From positions 1 through 64,000 of the IMG/VR virus record IMGVR_UViG_3300032236_001129: a stretch of DNA of 64,000 nt. One strand, 5' to 3'. The position numbers and the translations under genes were made by a program. Each line of letters starts with the position of its first letter. The stretch's first letter is position 1. The stretch comes from a virus. Under the pieces are notes generated by a model. The model was not told where the DNA came from and made no database searches. It saw only the letters and a list, made by a program, of their open reading frames with translations. Of the stretch, positions 17,667-25,438 are shown one piece after another.

Positions 17667-17991
17667 TTTAATTTCTCCTTAGACGAAATTAGTTAAATTG
17701 AGCCTCTTTTGAGCGCTCAGCATGTAGTTTAGCATGCTTCCCCGCCTATTTTTCACGAACTATGATGAGAGTTACCCCGATTTACGCTCACAAATTAACT
17801 AACTATGACAATTGTCACATTTCGGACACCCGATCAGGCCACTGTATAGGTCAAAATACCCTCAACCCTGCGTTTGGCCTGGCGGACAAGTGCGACTTAA
17901 GCGACTTAAGGGTAGGGGGGGACAAATCGGTCGAAAGTATTTTTTAGAATTATGGGTATCGCTAGGAAAGCGAGAGATAATACGGGCGTGG

Positions 17992-18088
17992 TGCGCTCTG
18001 CTCCTCCTACTCTACTAGGTCTAGTCCCCTAGTGGGGTAGAGGGAGCAGGGCGAGTGACCCTGTTCTCTCTCCCTTAGGAGGGGAGAA
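17992..18088 (+). promoter_or_regulatory. Structured leader of the first plus-strand island gene
   Basis: Long G-U-rich hairpin 17992-18053, then TTCTCTCTCC-CTTA-GGAGGGGAGAA hairpin occluding the RBS. Confidence 0.5.
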
Positions 18089-18090
18089 TT

Positions 18091-18660
18091 ATGTCCACAC
18101 ACACACTAGCAACAGCACTAGAGCCTATCTTCGCAGAAGAGGGCAATAGTGAGAAGGCTGTAACACTCCGTTTCGTCAAGGTAGCAGAGATATTCTCCCG
18201 CTTCCCAGAGTCCAGCATTAACGATGCTTCAGACCTCATTAAGTCTGATGAAGTTCGCCGTCTGGCTCTCGGTGGCTGGTTGCTCTATACCTACGGGGCA
18301 ACGGATAAAAACAAGTCTGCTGTCTATAAGATGGCTCAACTAGGCAAGCCAGAAGCCTACCGCTCTATCCTCAAGGCTAAGTCTTGGGAAGATGTCGGCA
18401 AGGCATACAAGGCAGCCAAGTTGCGTATGGCAAAGGCTAAGGCAGCCAAGAAGCAAGAGGCTAATACCTCTGGCAATACGGCTACCTCTTTGCTTGCGTC
18501 TGCCTCACGCCTTGATGATGACTCACTTGTCTTCGTGGTGAACGAGGAGAATGACGAAGCCATCAAGGCTATGAAGCGTGCTATCAAGCGTTACGAAGCC
18601 ATCAAGACCCATAACAAGGTCAAGGCGGTAATGGAAGAGAGCGCACCAGCCCTAGTTTAA
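18091..18660 (+). CDS. Hypothetical protein, first gene of the early/accessory island
   Basis: 189 aa helical K/A-rich; GGAGG RBS. Confidence 0.75.
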   Translation: MSTHTLATALEPIFAEEGNSEKAVTLRFVKVAEIFSRFPESSINDASDLIKSDEVRRLALGGWLLYTYGATDKNKSAVYKMAQLGKPEAYRSILKAKSWEDVGKAYKAAKLRMAKAKAAKKQEANTSGNTATSLLASASRLDDDSLVFVVNEENDEAIKAMKRAIKRYEAIKTHNKVKAVMEESAPALV

Positions 18661-18689
18661 TTACTAGGTGAGCGCATCACGCAAGTAGG

Positions 18690-19120
18690 AGCAGGGGGGG
18701 CTACGGCTCTCCCTGCCTCTATCTATGTCCATAGTTACTATGGGCGTAGATGGGGTGATACCTCTGCCGTAATACTCAAGTGGAAGTCGCAAGTTGAGAT
18801 GAAAGTATGTATCTGCTATCCCCCAGAGTAATCCACGCCCGTTGATTCGGTGTCCTGCTACGAATAGGCTCTCAACTCTCTATGATGGGAGTTGGGAGTC
18901 TATTCAGGCTACTGTCGCCACGCATCTATTATCATTGTGAGTACCACCAAGCCTACGGCTAGGCGGTGGGTCTGCTATCAGGTATAAGACTAGACGGCTA
19001 GTCTGCTATCAGGTATGAGGCAGGCGGGTATCAGGTAGCGGGTGGAAGAGACATAGAACCTAGCGTACTGACCTATGTGTCTATGTGGCTACTCTCTATG
19101 TCTCTCTCACTCTCTATCTA
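18690..19120 (+). other. ORF-free cluster of G-U-rich hairpins and short direct repeats
   Basis: Hairpins 18691-18716, 18721-18751, 18862-18905; GTCTGCTATCAGGTAT at 18970 and 19001, partial copies at 18812 and 19029. Confidence 0.65.
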
Positions 19121-19191
19121 CACAGAGAGCAATCGGTATCCCCGCCGATTTTCGCCCAACATAAACAATACCCACCACGAAAGGTATCTCA

Positions 19192-19311
19192 ATGAACGCA
19201 TCTATCTATTGTGCTAAGTGTAAAGACAAGCACGATATCAAAGGCGCTGAGGTTATGAACCTCGTAACCATCGGCTCCTCGTATGTATGTAAGTCCTGTA
19301 AGGCTAAGTAA
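19192..19311 (+). CDS. Zn-ribbon microprotein (39 aa, not in ORF track)
   Basis: MNASIYCAKCKDKH...VCKSCKAK; GAAAGG RBS. Confidence 0.65.
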   Translation: MNASIYCAKCKDKHDIKGAEVMNLVTIGSSYVCKSCKAK

Positions 19312-19524
19312 ATGTGTGGCTGCGAATTAGGCGTTATGTGTGCCAAGCACAAGGCTTTACTCCCCAAGGTATGCGCTGTCCCCGACTGTACCTCTACCAA
19401 ACTCGTCTACTCCGGTACTGATGCCTTTATGCTAGGCGTGCCTACCGAGGTCTATTGCTATACCTGCGCCAATATCTTCTCGTTTATTACCTCATACGAG
19501 ACACGCTACGAGATAGCCAAGTAA
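19312..19524 (+). CDS. Cys-rich hypothetical protein
   Basis: 70 aa, abuts the upstream stop codon. Confidence 0.55.
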   Translation: MCGCELGVMCAKHKALLPKVCAVPDCTSTKLVYSGTDAFMLGVPTEVYCYTCANIFSFITSYETRYEIAK

Positions 19525-19561
19525 GTTTCCCCGCCCAATCCCTCACAGAAAGGCAATACCT

Positions 19562-19858
19562 ATGTCCGAAGAACGCTTCATAGAAGAAACCGATCCGCAT
19601 ACCCACCTATGGACACCATACGAACAGGAGCGACCACACCTACTCAACTTCTGTAGTCTGTGCCTTCGCCGTACCTATGTGATGGCTGAACTCACCTACT
19701 CCAATCAAGATGGCGAGACTGTCCATAGTGATTTGCCTCTGGAGCGTGAGTTTCTCCACGATGCCCTCAATGAGTGGCTAGACAAAGGCAACAAGACCGG
19801 CTATTTCTATGTGGGTAATCTCCTCCAACTCACACGAGATATGGGTAACGATATCTAA
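19562..19858 (+). CDS. Hypothetical protein
   Basis: GAAAGG RBS; HxH..CxxC. Confidence 0.65.
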   Translation: MSEERFIEETDPHTHLWTPYEQERPHLLNFCSLCLRRTYVMAELTYSNQDGETVHSDLPLEREFLHDALNEWLDKGNKTGYFYVGNLLQLTRDMGNDI

Positions 19859-19936
19859 CCAAGTTTCCCCGCCAATTTTCTGCCGGCGAGGGCGTTCCAA
19901 CACAAACACACCCACCACCACCAAGAAAGGACAACA

Positions 19937-20065
19937 ATGGACAAAGAACTCGCTCGTGTTATTGACGAGCATCTGAACAAGCTCGAAGAGTTTTGTATTA
20001 CAACTCTTGCTGAGATTGGCACTATCCGACTACAAGTACACCTCCTTAAAAACCTCACAAAATAG
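19937..20065 (+). CDS. Small hypothetical protein (42 aa, not in ORF track)
   Basis: MDKELARVIDEHLNKLEEF...; GAAAGGA RBS. Confidence 0.6.
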   Translation: MDKELARVIDEHLNKLEEFCITTLAEIGTIRLQVHLLKNLTK

Positions 20066-20097
20066 AGTTAACTGAGATGTCTACGGCTATGTAGACA

Positions 20098-20142
20098 CGG
20101 GCGGGTTGAGAGTTAGAGGGAACTCTCCCCGCCCCTTCTTTT
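20098..20142 (+). terminator. Putative intrinsic terminator
   Basis: GGGCGGG..GAGAGTT / AACTCTC.CCCGCCC followed by CTTCTTTT. Confidence 0.55.
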
Positions 20143-20164
20143 ACCCTCAATAGAAAGGCAACAA

Positions 20165-20392
20165 ATGCAAACCCTATCAGTACAAGCAACGATGACTAAA
20201 CAGGTCATCACACAGCACGACAAGCACCTTCTATGTCTAGCCATAATCAAACAGATAATGCTGATGCAAGTGAAAGAGAGCACCTATGTTCCGCAAGTAT
20301 CCCGACAAAGACAAGACACGAGTACAGCGTATACAGGAATTGCGTCGCTCGAACGCAGCGACTTCCTTACCCAACAAAAAGCGTTGGTCTAA
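20165..20392 (+). CDS. Hypothetical protein
   Basis: GAAAGG RBS; the coding frame is uncertain (overlapping CxxH/CxxR ORF 20233..20424). Confidence 0.35.
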   Translation: MQTLSVQATMTKQVITQHDKHLLCLAIIKQIMLMQVKESTYVPQVSRQRQDTSTAYTGIASLERSDFLTQQKALV

Positions 20393-20425
20393 GCGTATGC
20401 GAAACCTTTGGAAGAAGGAGTTAGA

Positions 20426-20569
20426 GTGAGCGATTGGCTTACCGAAGGCGTTAAGACAGAAGCAGGAAAAGAATTGATTATCTATATGAATCAACACTTT
20501 GGCTCAGCAGTATGGGGAAGAGTCATTGACGGAGTAAAAGCCATAGAGAAGGAGTTAAACAATGACTGA
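20426..20569 (+). CDS. Small hypothetical protein (47 aa, not in ORF track)
   Basis: GTG start after AAGGAG; MSDWLTEGVKTEAGKELII... Confidence 0.55.
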   Translation: MSDWLTEGVKTEAGKELIIYMNQHFGSAVWGRVIDGVKAIEKELNND

Positions 20570-20822
20570 TATAACAATCGTTACAATCACAGAAGGCACA
20601 GTCCTTCAGGGTGATGGCGGTGCGTCTACCGGCGCAATCGTGCTCCAACACAAACAAGCCGACAACTATACCGATGTAATCCTCTGCGATGCCTCGGTGG
20701 GTAGCCCTTATGACCCATATGTTGTATGGACTTACAATCACGAACGAGGCACTTGCTCTCGTGGTGAGTACTTTAACAACCTTGACTATGCCAAATCAGC
20801 CTATGAGGAGCGTGAGTGGTAA
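20562..20822 (+). CDS. Hypothetical protein
   Basis: AAGGAG RBS; PYVVW..GEYF...A pattern. Confidence 0.7.
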   Translation: MTDITIVTITEGTVLQGDGGASTGAIVLQHKQADNYTDVILCDASVGSPYDPYVVWTYNHERGTCSRGEYFNNLDYAKSAYEEREW

Positions 20823-21109
20823 TGGCTAAAAAGAAGAAAATAAAATGGGATGGCCCAGAGAATAGTTTCATTGGTAAAACCGTTAACTGGACTGATGAAG
20901 ACTTTCGTAATCACGGATATATGACCGTAAATGAGTTCGTTGAGAAGTTCTCCATTGGACTCAAAGCATATCTTGTCAATAATTGGAAGAGTTTTGATCG
21001 AGACCACCTATTACATCCCGAGGACTTGACTTCCAATATGCTCTGCTATGCCGAATCTGTATACGAGGTAATTAGCATCTTTGGGGTAGGTAGTACAAAT
21101 GAGGATTAA
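20822..21109 (+). CDS. Hypothetical protein
   Basis: TAATG coupling; start MAKKKKI. Confidence 0.6.
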   Translation: MAKKKKIKWDGPENSFIGKTVNWTDEDFRNHGYMTVNEFVEKFSIGLKAYLVNNWKSFDRDHLLHPEDLTSNMLCYAESVYEVISIFGVGSTNED

Positions 21110-21329
21110 CAAAAATCTGCCTGTATATGTAGCATCCGATGAATTGCTACAAGACTTAAATGATTTAGGATACAAGTCTATTGAGTTAGAAGATTTAATA
21201 GACTTTTTAGAAGAGGATGAGTCATACATACTAGATATCTATATCGGTATGGTAATGCACGACGAGTTGGCTTTTATGAGTTCGGCTGCTAGTAGAGCAT
21301 TACAAGCGTTAGATGCTCGTCCAACATAA
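21099..21329 (+). CDS. Acidic hypothetical protein
   Basis: 76 aa; its stop codon lies inside a CAACATAAACA copy. Confidence 0.6.
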   Translation: MRINKNLPVYVASDELLQDLNDLGYKSIELEDLIDFLEEDESYILDIYIGMVMHDELAFMSSAASRALQALDARPT

Positions 21330-21344
21330 ACATTCCCCGTTCGC

Positions 21345-21804
21345 CTATACCACCAGGACACACACCAAACAATACACTCATAAGGATAAGCACGGTAGGT
21401 GGCTGCCTGTTCAGCCTAATATCCTCTGCTTGTAATTCCCCACAGTTGTTGAGCGCAGTGGCGTATAAGATAGGTTCGTAGAACTTACTCACTTACAGAA
21501 CTGTGGATAAGGTAATCCCAAAAACGAGTAAAGGTCCTTTATGTATTTCGTTTGGTGTGTGCTCTGGTTGTATAGACAACCAGTATGAGGACACACGACG
21601 AATATGGAGCCACTCGGTGCGATAGGCGCTAAGACTTCGAACGCTTTACTCTGACGAGTTCGCTATTAGATGTATTCGACCCCCTAGTTCAAGCCCTTTA
21701 CACTCTCGCAAACTTCGTGGGTTGCGAACTGTTCTGGTTGCCCATAACGTTAGATAGTGTGGTCCTTCAAACCGGCAGTATGGGGGCTGTCTAACAGCCC
21801 CCAT
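21345..21804 (+). ncRNA. Candidate large structured non-coding RNA (~460 nt)
   Basis: Long-range helices 21359-21370/21550-21561 (12 bp perfect), 21345-50/21570-75, 21440-47/21499-506, 21577-83/21734-40; terminal 11-bp hairpin 21780-21804; no credible ORF. Confidence 0.6.
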
Positions 21805-21858
21805 CTGTATTAAGATTCCCACGTCCGTGGGATGTACCTGCTAAAAGGAGGTACGGCA

Positions 21859-22062
21859 ATGGCGAAGTCCGCCTTGCATTACTGTAACAACTGTGGTCGG
21901 CGTGTCCAACCACATCAAGCCAAGTTGGAAATCAAAGTGCGTCACGGCACAGATTTCTATCACGAAACTTGGGAAGGGTGCTATGAATCCACACGTGAAA
22001 GTGGTAAGCACGTTATGACTGAGTTAGAGACAGAGTTAGTTAAGATAACTCCAATCTACTAG
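21859..22062 (+). CDS. Hypothetical Zn-binding protein
   Basis: AAGGAGG RBS; CNNC...H...C. Confidence 0.65.
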   Translation: MAKSALHYCNNCGRRVQPHQAKLEIKVRHGTDFYHETWEGCYESTRESGKHVMTELETELVKITPIY

Positions 22063-22099
22063 AGTCAGTTGGTCTGGCGAGACCTGAGGTAAAACACGA

Positions 22100-22230
22100 C
22101 TCCTGAGCAATGAGACTAAACTGCTCACCTAACATTGGTACGACACTTGTGAAGTCGGGAGCAACGAGTTGCGAAATTCTTCCTCTTCGTCTACACCAAA
22201 TGTCCTGAGTATGACAACTAAAACTGCTCA
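22100..22230 (+). ncRNA. Two copies of a small H-type pseudoknot motif
   Basis: CTC-CTGAGCAAT-GAG-ACTAAAC-TGCTCA (22100-22127) and TGTC-CTGAGTAT-GACA-ACTAAAAC-TGCTCA (22201-22230) with compensatory changes. Confidence 0.65.
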
Positions 22231-22232
22231 CC

Positions 22233-22373
22233 GAGTAGGCGCTACCGTCCAATAGAGAAATCCCGAACCGCCAACAATCCCAAAGTATGATTTATTTCAG
22301 AAAGTGGAGGAGCGTACCGGCTGCCGTAAGGTAAGCGGTCAGAGAGTACCAAGGGACATTGGGGCGCCTACTC
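22233..22373 (+). ncRNA. Candidate structured RNA (~140 nt)
   Basis: Perfect 10-bp closing stem GAGTAGGCGC/GCGCCTACTC, inner CCAAT/ATTGG and TCCC/GGGA, GTAA-capped hairpin. Confidence 0.5.
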
Positions 22374-22393
22374 TCCATCTAGAAAGGATAGTA

Positions 22394-22567
22394 ATGATAA
22401 CCCTCATTAAAAGAAACACCACCGAGAAACTTCTATTCCTCTTAGAAGCACAGCTGTTTCACGGCTGCACTCGCAAAGAAGCATTGATGCTATGGAATGA
22501 TGGCATCGATACGCTGTACGACAGCGTCTCAACACAAACAATCCACACCGGAAGGATGGACAAGTAA
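22394..22567 (+). CDS. Hypothetical protein
   Basis: GAAAGGA RBS; start MITLIKRN. Confidence 0.55.
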   Translation: MITLIKRNTTEKLLFLLEAQLFHGCTRKEALMLWNDGIDTLYDSVSTQTIHTGRMDK

Positions 22568-22855
22568 ATGGCAAAAGGAAAAGGCGGAGCAAAAAGCGGT
22601 GGTCGCAACGACAATCGCCCTAATGGCAAGGCATTCAAAAAGGATCCCGGCCCTGCTCAAACACCAAAGACCAACTTCACACATATCAACGGACGCAGTC
22701 CTGAAAACAATGCTAAGCGTGAAGCGTGGAAAGCAAAAGGTGGTCGTTGGAACCACAAATCAATCCCTCATTGGAAGACTGGCAAAGTGTATGTTCCTAC
22801 AGCACTCACACCAGCCTTTGACCCTGAGAAGTTAGAGGCAGCCATTAATGGCTGA
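22568..22855 (+). CDS. Basic G/K-rich hypothetical protein
   Basis: 95 aa; coupled to neighbours. Confidence 0.65.
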   Translation: MAKGKGGAKSGGRNDNRPNGKAFKKDPGPAQTPKTNFTHINGRSPENNAKREAWKAKGGRWNHKSIPHWKTGKVYVPTALTPAFDPEKLEAAING

Positions 22856-23153
22856 GGTTCTCAAAGTCTATTCTCTTGACTATTTAAAAGAGAAACATTA
22901 TTCCGATGACACAACCGAGGATGCCACTCGTCTAGAGTGTGCTGGTCTTGTTATCGGTATGCTCGATCGTTTAGCAAAAAGCAAGCGCTTGCACCTTACC
23001 GAAGATGAGCTTCAGAGTTTGAAAAGCGCATTAGTTTATGCAACGATTGGGCAAACGCCAGTTGGCGATGCCTATATGAATGACACACTCATTGTGGTAG
23101 ACAGCCAAGAAAATGAATACGTTGCAGGAATCCCTGTAACTAACCCAGTATAA
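22848..23153 (+). CDS. Hypothetical protein
   Basis: 101 aa; overlapping start/stop. Confidence 0.65.
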   Translation: MAEVLKVYSLDYLKEKHYSDDTTEDATRLECAGLVIGMLDRLAKSKRLHLTEDELQSLKSALVYATIGQTPVGDAYMNDTLIVVDSQENEYVAGIPVTNPV

Positions 23154-23165
23154 GGAGGGCCAGCG

Positions 23166-23621
23166 ATGGCTACAACATCAACCACATCGTTAACATTCAA
23201 GCGCTCAGTTATCTTAAAGAAACTAGAGACTCGTGTTAATGAAATGAAGAAAGAGATAGACGCATGGGTAAAAGAAAACGACTCTCTATCTGATAGACAA
23301 AAAGCGTGGGACAAAAAAGCCCGTGCTTGGTTTAAAAAGAATGCAGCGTCATTGATTAATGACAATACATCCGTATACCATAACAGCCATTACCACAATA
23401 ACAATAGTTTCCGTTTTACTGTGGAAGCTAGCCCAGATAAAGTAATTGCTGCTATCGGTGAGTATCCAGAGCAAGATTGTCGTCCTGCTTGGGACCGTGC
23501 TGAGTATCGTGGTGTAAGCCCTATTGAAGAACTAGAAGCTAACATCGCTGCATTCAAAGCCGCAGAGGAAGATGAGATTAAGGTCTCAATCAAGAACAAT
23601 ATCTTCCGCTATATTAAGTAA
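23166..23621 (+). CDS. Hypothetical protein
   Basis: 151 aa; AAGGAGG RBS. Confidence 0.75.
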   Translation: MATTSTTSLTFKRSVILKKLETRVNEMKKEIDAWVKENDSLSDRQKAWDKKARAWFKKNAASLINDNTSVYHNSHYHNNNSFRFTVEASPDKVIAAIGEYPEQDCRPAWDRAEYRGVSPIEELEANIAAFKAAEEDEIKVSIKNNIFRYIK

Positions 23622-23638
23622 CCAACACAAACAAACCC

Positions 23639-23665
23639 GGCCCCGTCAATCGGCGGGGCCTTTCT
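23639..23665 (+). terminator. Putative intrinsic terminator directly after a 12-mer copy
   Basis: GGCCCCGTC-AATC-GGCGGGGCC-TTTCT. Confidence 0.55.
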
Positions 23666-23680
23666 CATAAGGAGGGCAGT

Positions 23681-24010
23681 ATGCGCAAGCTGCTGTTACG
23701 TACTAAAAAGGTGGCTGAACAAATCAATCGCCTTATGTTTGAGGAATATCAAGATAACCAATTCGAAGAAAGTCAAACTATGCGCTCATATAGCGCAGGT
23801 ATCATTGACGGCCTTGCATTGGCTTTAACTGTGATATCAGACACACCGGAGAAACTAGCTCCTTCATTCCCTCTAAGCATCTCGTTCTATGAGGAGGATG
23901 ATGAGTCTTGTACCATCGCTGCTAAGCAAGCACGTGTAGAAGCTATGCGTGAAAAGGTATTTGACTTACAGAATCAACAGAAGTTATCATTATTCTATGA
24001 GGAGGTGTAA
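23681..24010 (+). CDS. Hypothetical protein
   Basis: AAGGAGG RBS. Confidence 0.7.
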   Translation: MRKLLLRTKKVAEQINRLMFEEYQDNQFEESQTMRSYSAGIIDGLALALTVISDTPEKLAPSFPLSISFYEEDDESCTIAAKQARVEAMREKVFDLQNQQKLSLFYEEV

Positions 24011-24012
24011 CT

Positions 24013-24747
24013 ATGGCTGTTGACTGGCAATGGGCTAATGACTTCTTATCTAGAGGTCGTAAAAAGTATGAACGCCCCTTGTATGACCGAGGTCTTCGCA
24101 TTTGGAAAGAAAACAAATGGGATCCCGATAGCAATATCCACGTAGGTTGGAAGTATGGTGGCAGTGGCAATGCATTTGTTATCTATCACAAAGATGGCAC
24201 TACAACTATTCAAGGCCATCAACAACCTACTCATTGGGGTGGCAGTTGGCTTCCATTGCGTAGCTATTCTGTTCGCTTTACTATCCAACGCTATGCCGGT
24301 ATTCAGGTATCACAACGCAATTGGCAATATCATCTTACAGAAGATGATGCCCCGCTTACTCCACCAAAGATACAAGGTTGTAGAACTTGTAGACAAACTG
24401 GAAAAGTAGATGCTTGGTGTAACAGTCACAATTGTTACGATGGCGAAAAGGGTCCAGATGGCAAGATGCATTGTGAAACACATCCTGACGCACAGTTTCT
24501 AGGTGTTCAGTATCAATATCGTTGGCACGCATTACCTTGTGAGCATGGAAATCTTGATGGTCATATGGTGCCTAAAGCACAGACTTGCTATAGCTGTGGG
24601 GGCAATAAGAAGCGTGACTATGGCAGCAAGTATCAAACCACAATCTGGGATGGTTCCCCACTCAGACTGCGGGATGGAAAGATAATCAAATCAGCAGCAT
24701 CACTACTAGAAAGGATGGTGGCAGACTATGTCGACCCTGTCGGCTAA
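24013..24747 (+). CDS. Cys/His-rich hypothetical protein (DnaJ-type CxxCxxxG Zn motifs)
   Basis: GCRTCRQTG ... TCYSCGGN. Confidence 0.7.
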   Translation: MAVDWQWANDFLSRGRKKYERPLYDRGLRIWKENKWDPDSNIHVGWKYGGSGNAFVIYHKDGTTTIQGHQQPTHWGGSWLPLRSYSVRFTIQRYAGIQVSQRNWQYHLTEDDAPLTPPKIQGCRTCRQTGKVDAWCNSHNCYDGEKGPDGKMHCETHPDAQFLGVQYQYRWHALPCEHGNLDGHMVPKAQTCYSCGGNKKRDYGSKYQTTIWDGSPLRLRDGKIIKSAASLLERMVADYVDPVG

Positions 24748-25222
24748 GTATGACCCACAAGCAGTACCAGTAAATGAATCAGGTAATATGACAGAAATCA
24801 ATCAGATTGTATTGTATGTAGGCTCCGGCTTACTACCACAGAATCTATTGCGTATGTCAACACAAACATCGGCTCTTCGTGATGCCTTTGTAGCCAACAT
24901 CGCCAGAACCAGTATGGTTGAGGGCGCACTCGCTACGTTCCTTGGCAAGCTCGTTACAATTGAAAATGTAATGACTGCTGAAGAAATTGCAGTATGTGAA
25001 TATGCCGCAACTTTGGCGTATATGACAAACAACATTGATCTCGTTAAAGAGATTCTGATGCGTGTACCACCTAAATCAGTTAACAGCTATCTTCAAACGT
25101 TATACACAGCTGTTGCAGTTCGTAAATGGTCATCAGAAATATTCAATGATGCGCTTGCTGAAGCTTCTACTCAGTCTCTCTATCGATGGGAAGCTGAGAA
25201 AGCTAACGTTATCAACATCTAG
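24728..25222 (+). CDS. Hypothetical helical protein
   Basis: 164 aa overlapping the upstream gene. Confidence 0.65.
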   Translation: MSTLSAKYDPQAVPVNESGNMTEINQIVLYVGSGLLPQNLLRMSTQTSALRDAFVANIARTSMVEGALATFLGKLVTIENVMTAEEIAVCEYAATLAYMTNNIDLVKEILMRVPPKSVNSYLQTLYTAVAVRKWSSEIFNDALAEASTQSLYRWEAEKANVINI

Positions 25223-25248
25223 TTTTGATAGTCCATATGGCTATCAAA

Positions 25249-25420
25249 TGGAATGGGTTGGCTAAGCCTACCGCTGGTTAGACTGGCGTGATGCAAGAGA
25301 ACGAGTACGAAGCGAACAGCGGCACAGTTGCGTGTAACAACCGGTGCTGGTCTGCCTTCTAAAGTATGAGCTAGATCAAATAGTCCCTGCGAGGCATTGG
25401 GGGCAAGCCAATCCAATCCA
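25249..25420 (+). ncRNA. Candidate multibranched structured RNA (~170 nt)
   Basis: Closing stem TGGGTTGGCT/AGCCAATCCA (25254-63/25406-15), inner CCGCTG/CAGCGG and further hairpins; preceded by hairpin 25224-25248. Confidence 0.5.
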
Positions 25421-25438
25421 ATAAAGAAAGGAAACATC

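Noticed and set aside
18970-19038. Mini-CRISPR array from the GTCTGCTATCAGGTAT repeats
   Set aside because: Repeats are 16 nt with a 15-nt gap and only two full copies, too short for CRISPR
21651-21730. Hammerhead ribozyme suggested by CTGACGA
   Set aside because: No correctly placed GAAA after a stem II and no stem III/NUH site found
22315-22345. SRP RNA domain IV (CCGTAAGGTAAGC)
   Set aside because: Lacks the CAGG..GGAAGCAGC conserved internal loops
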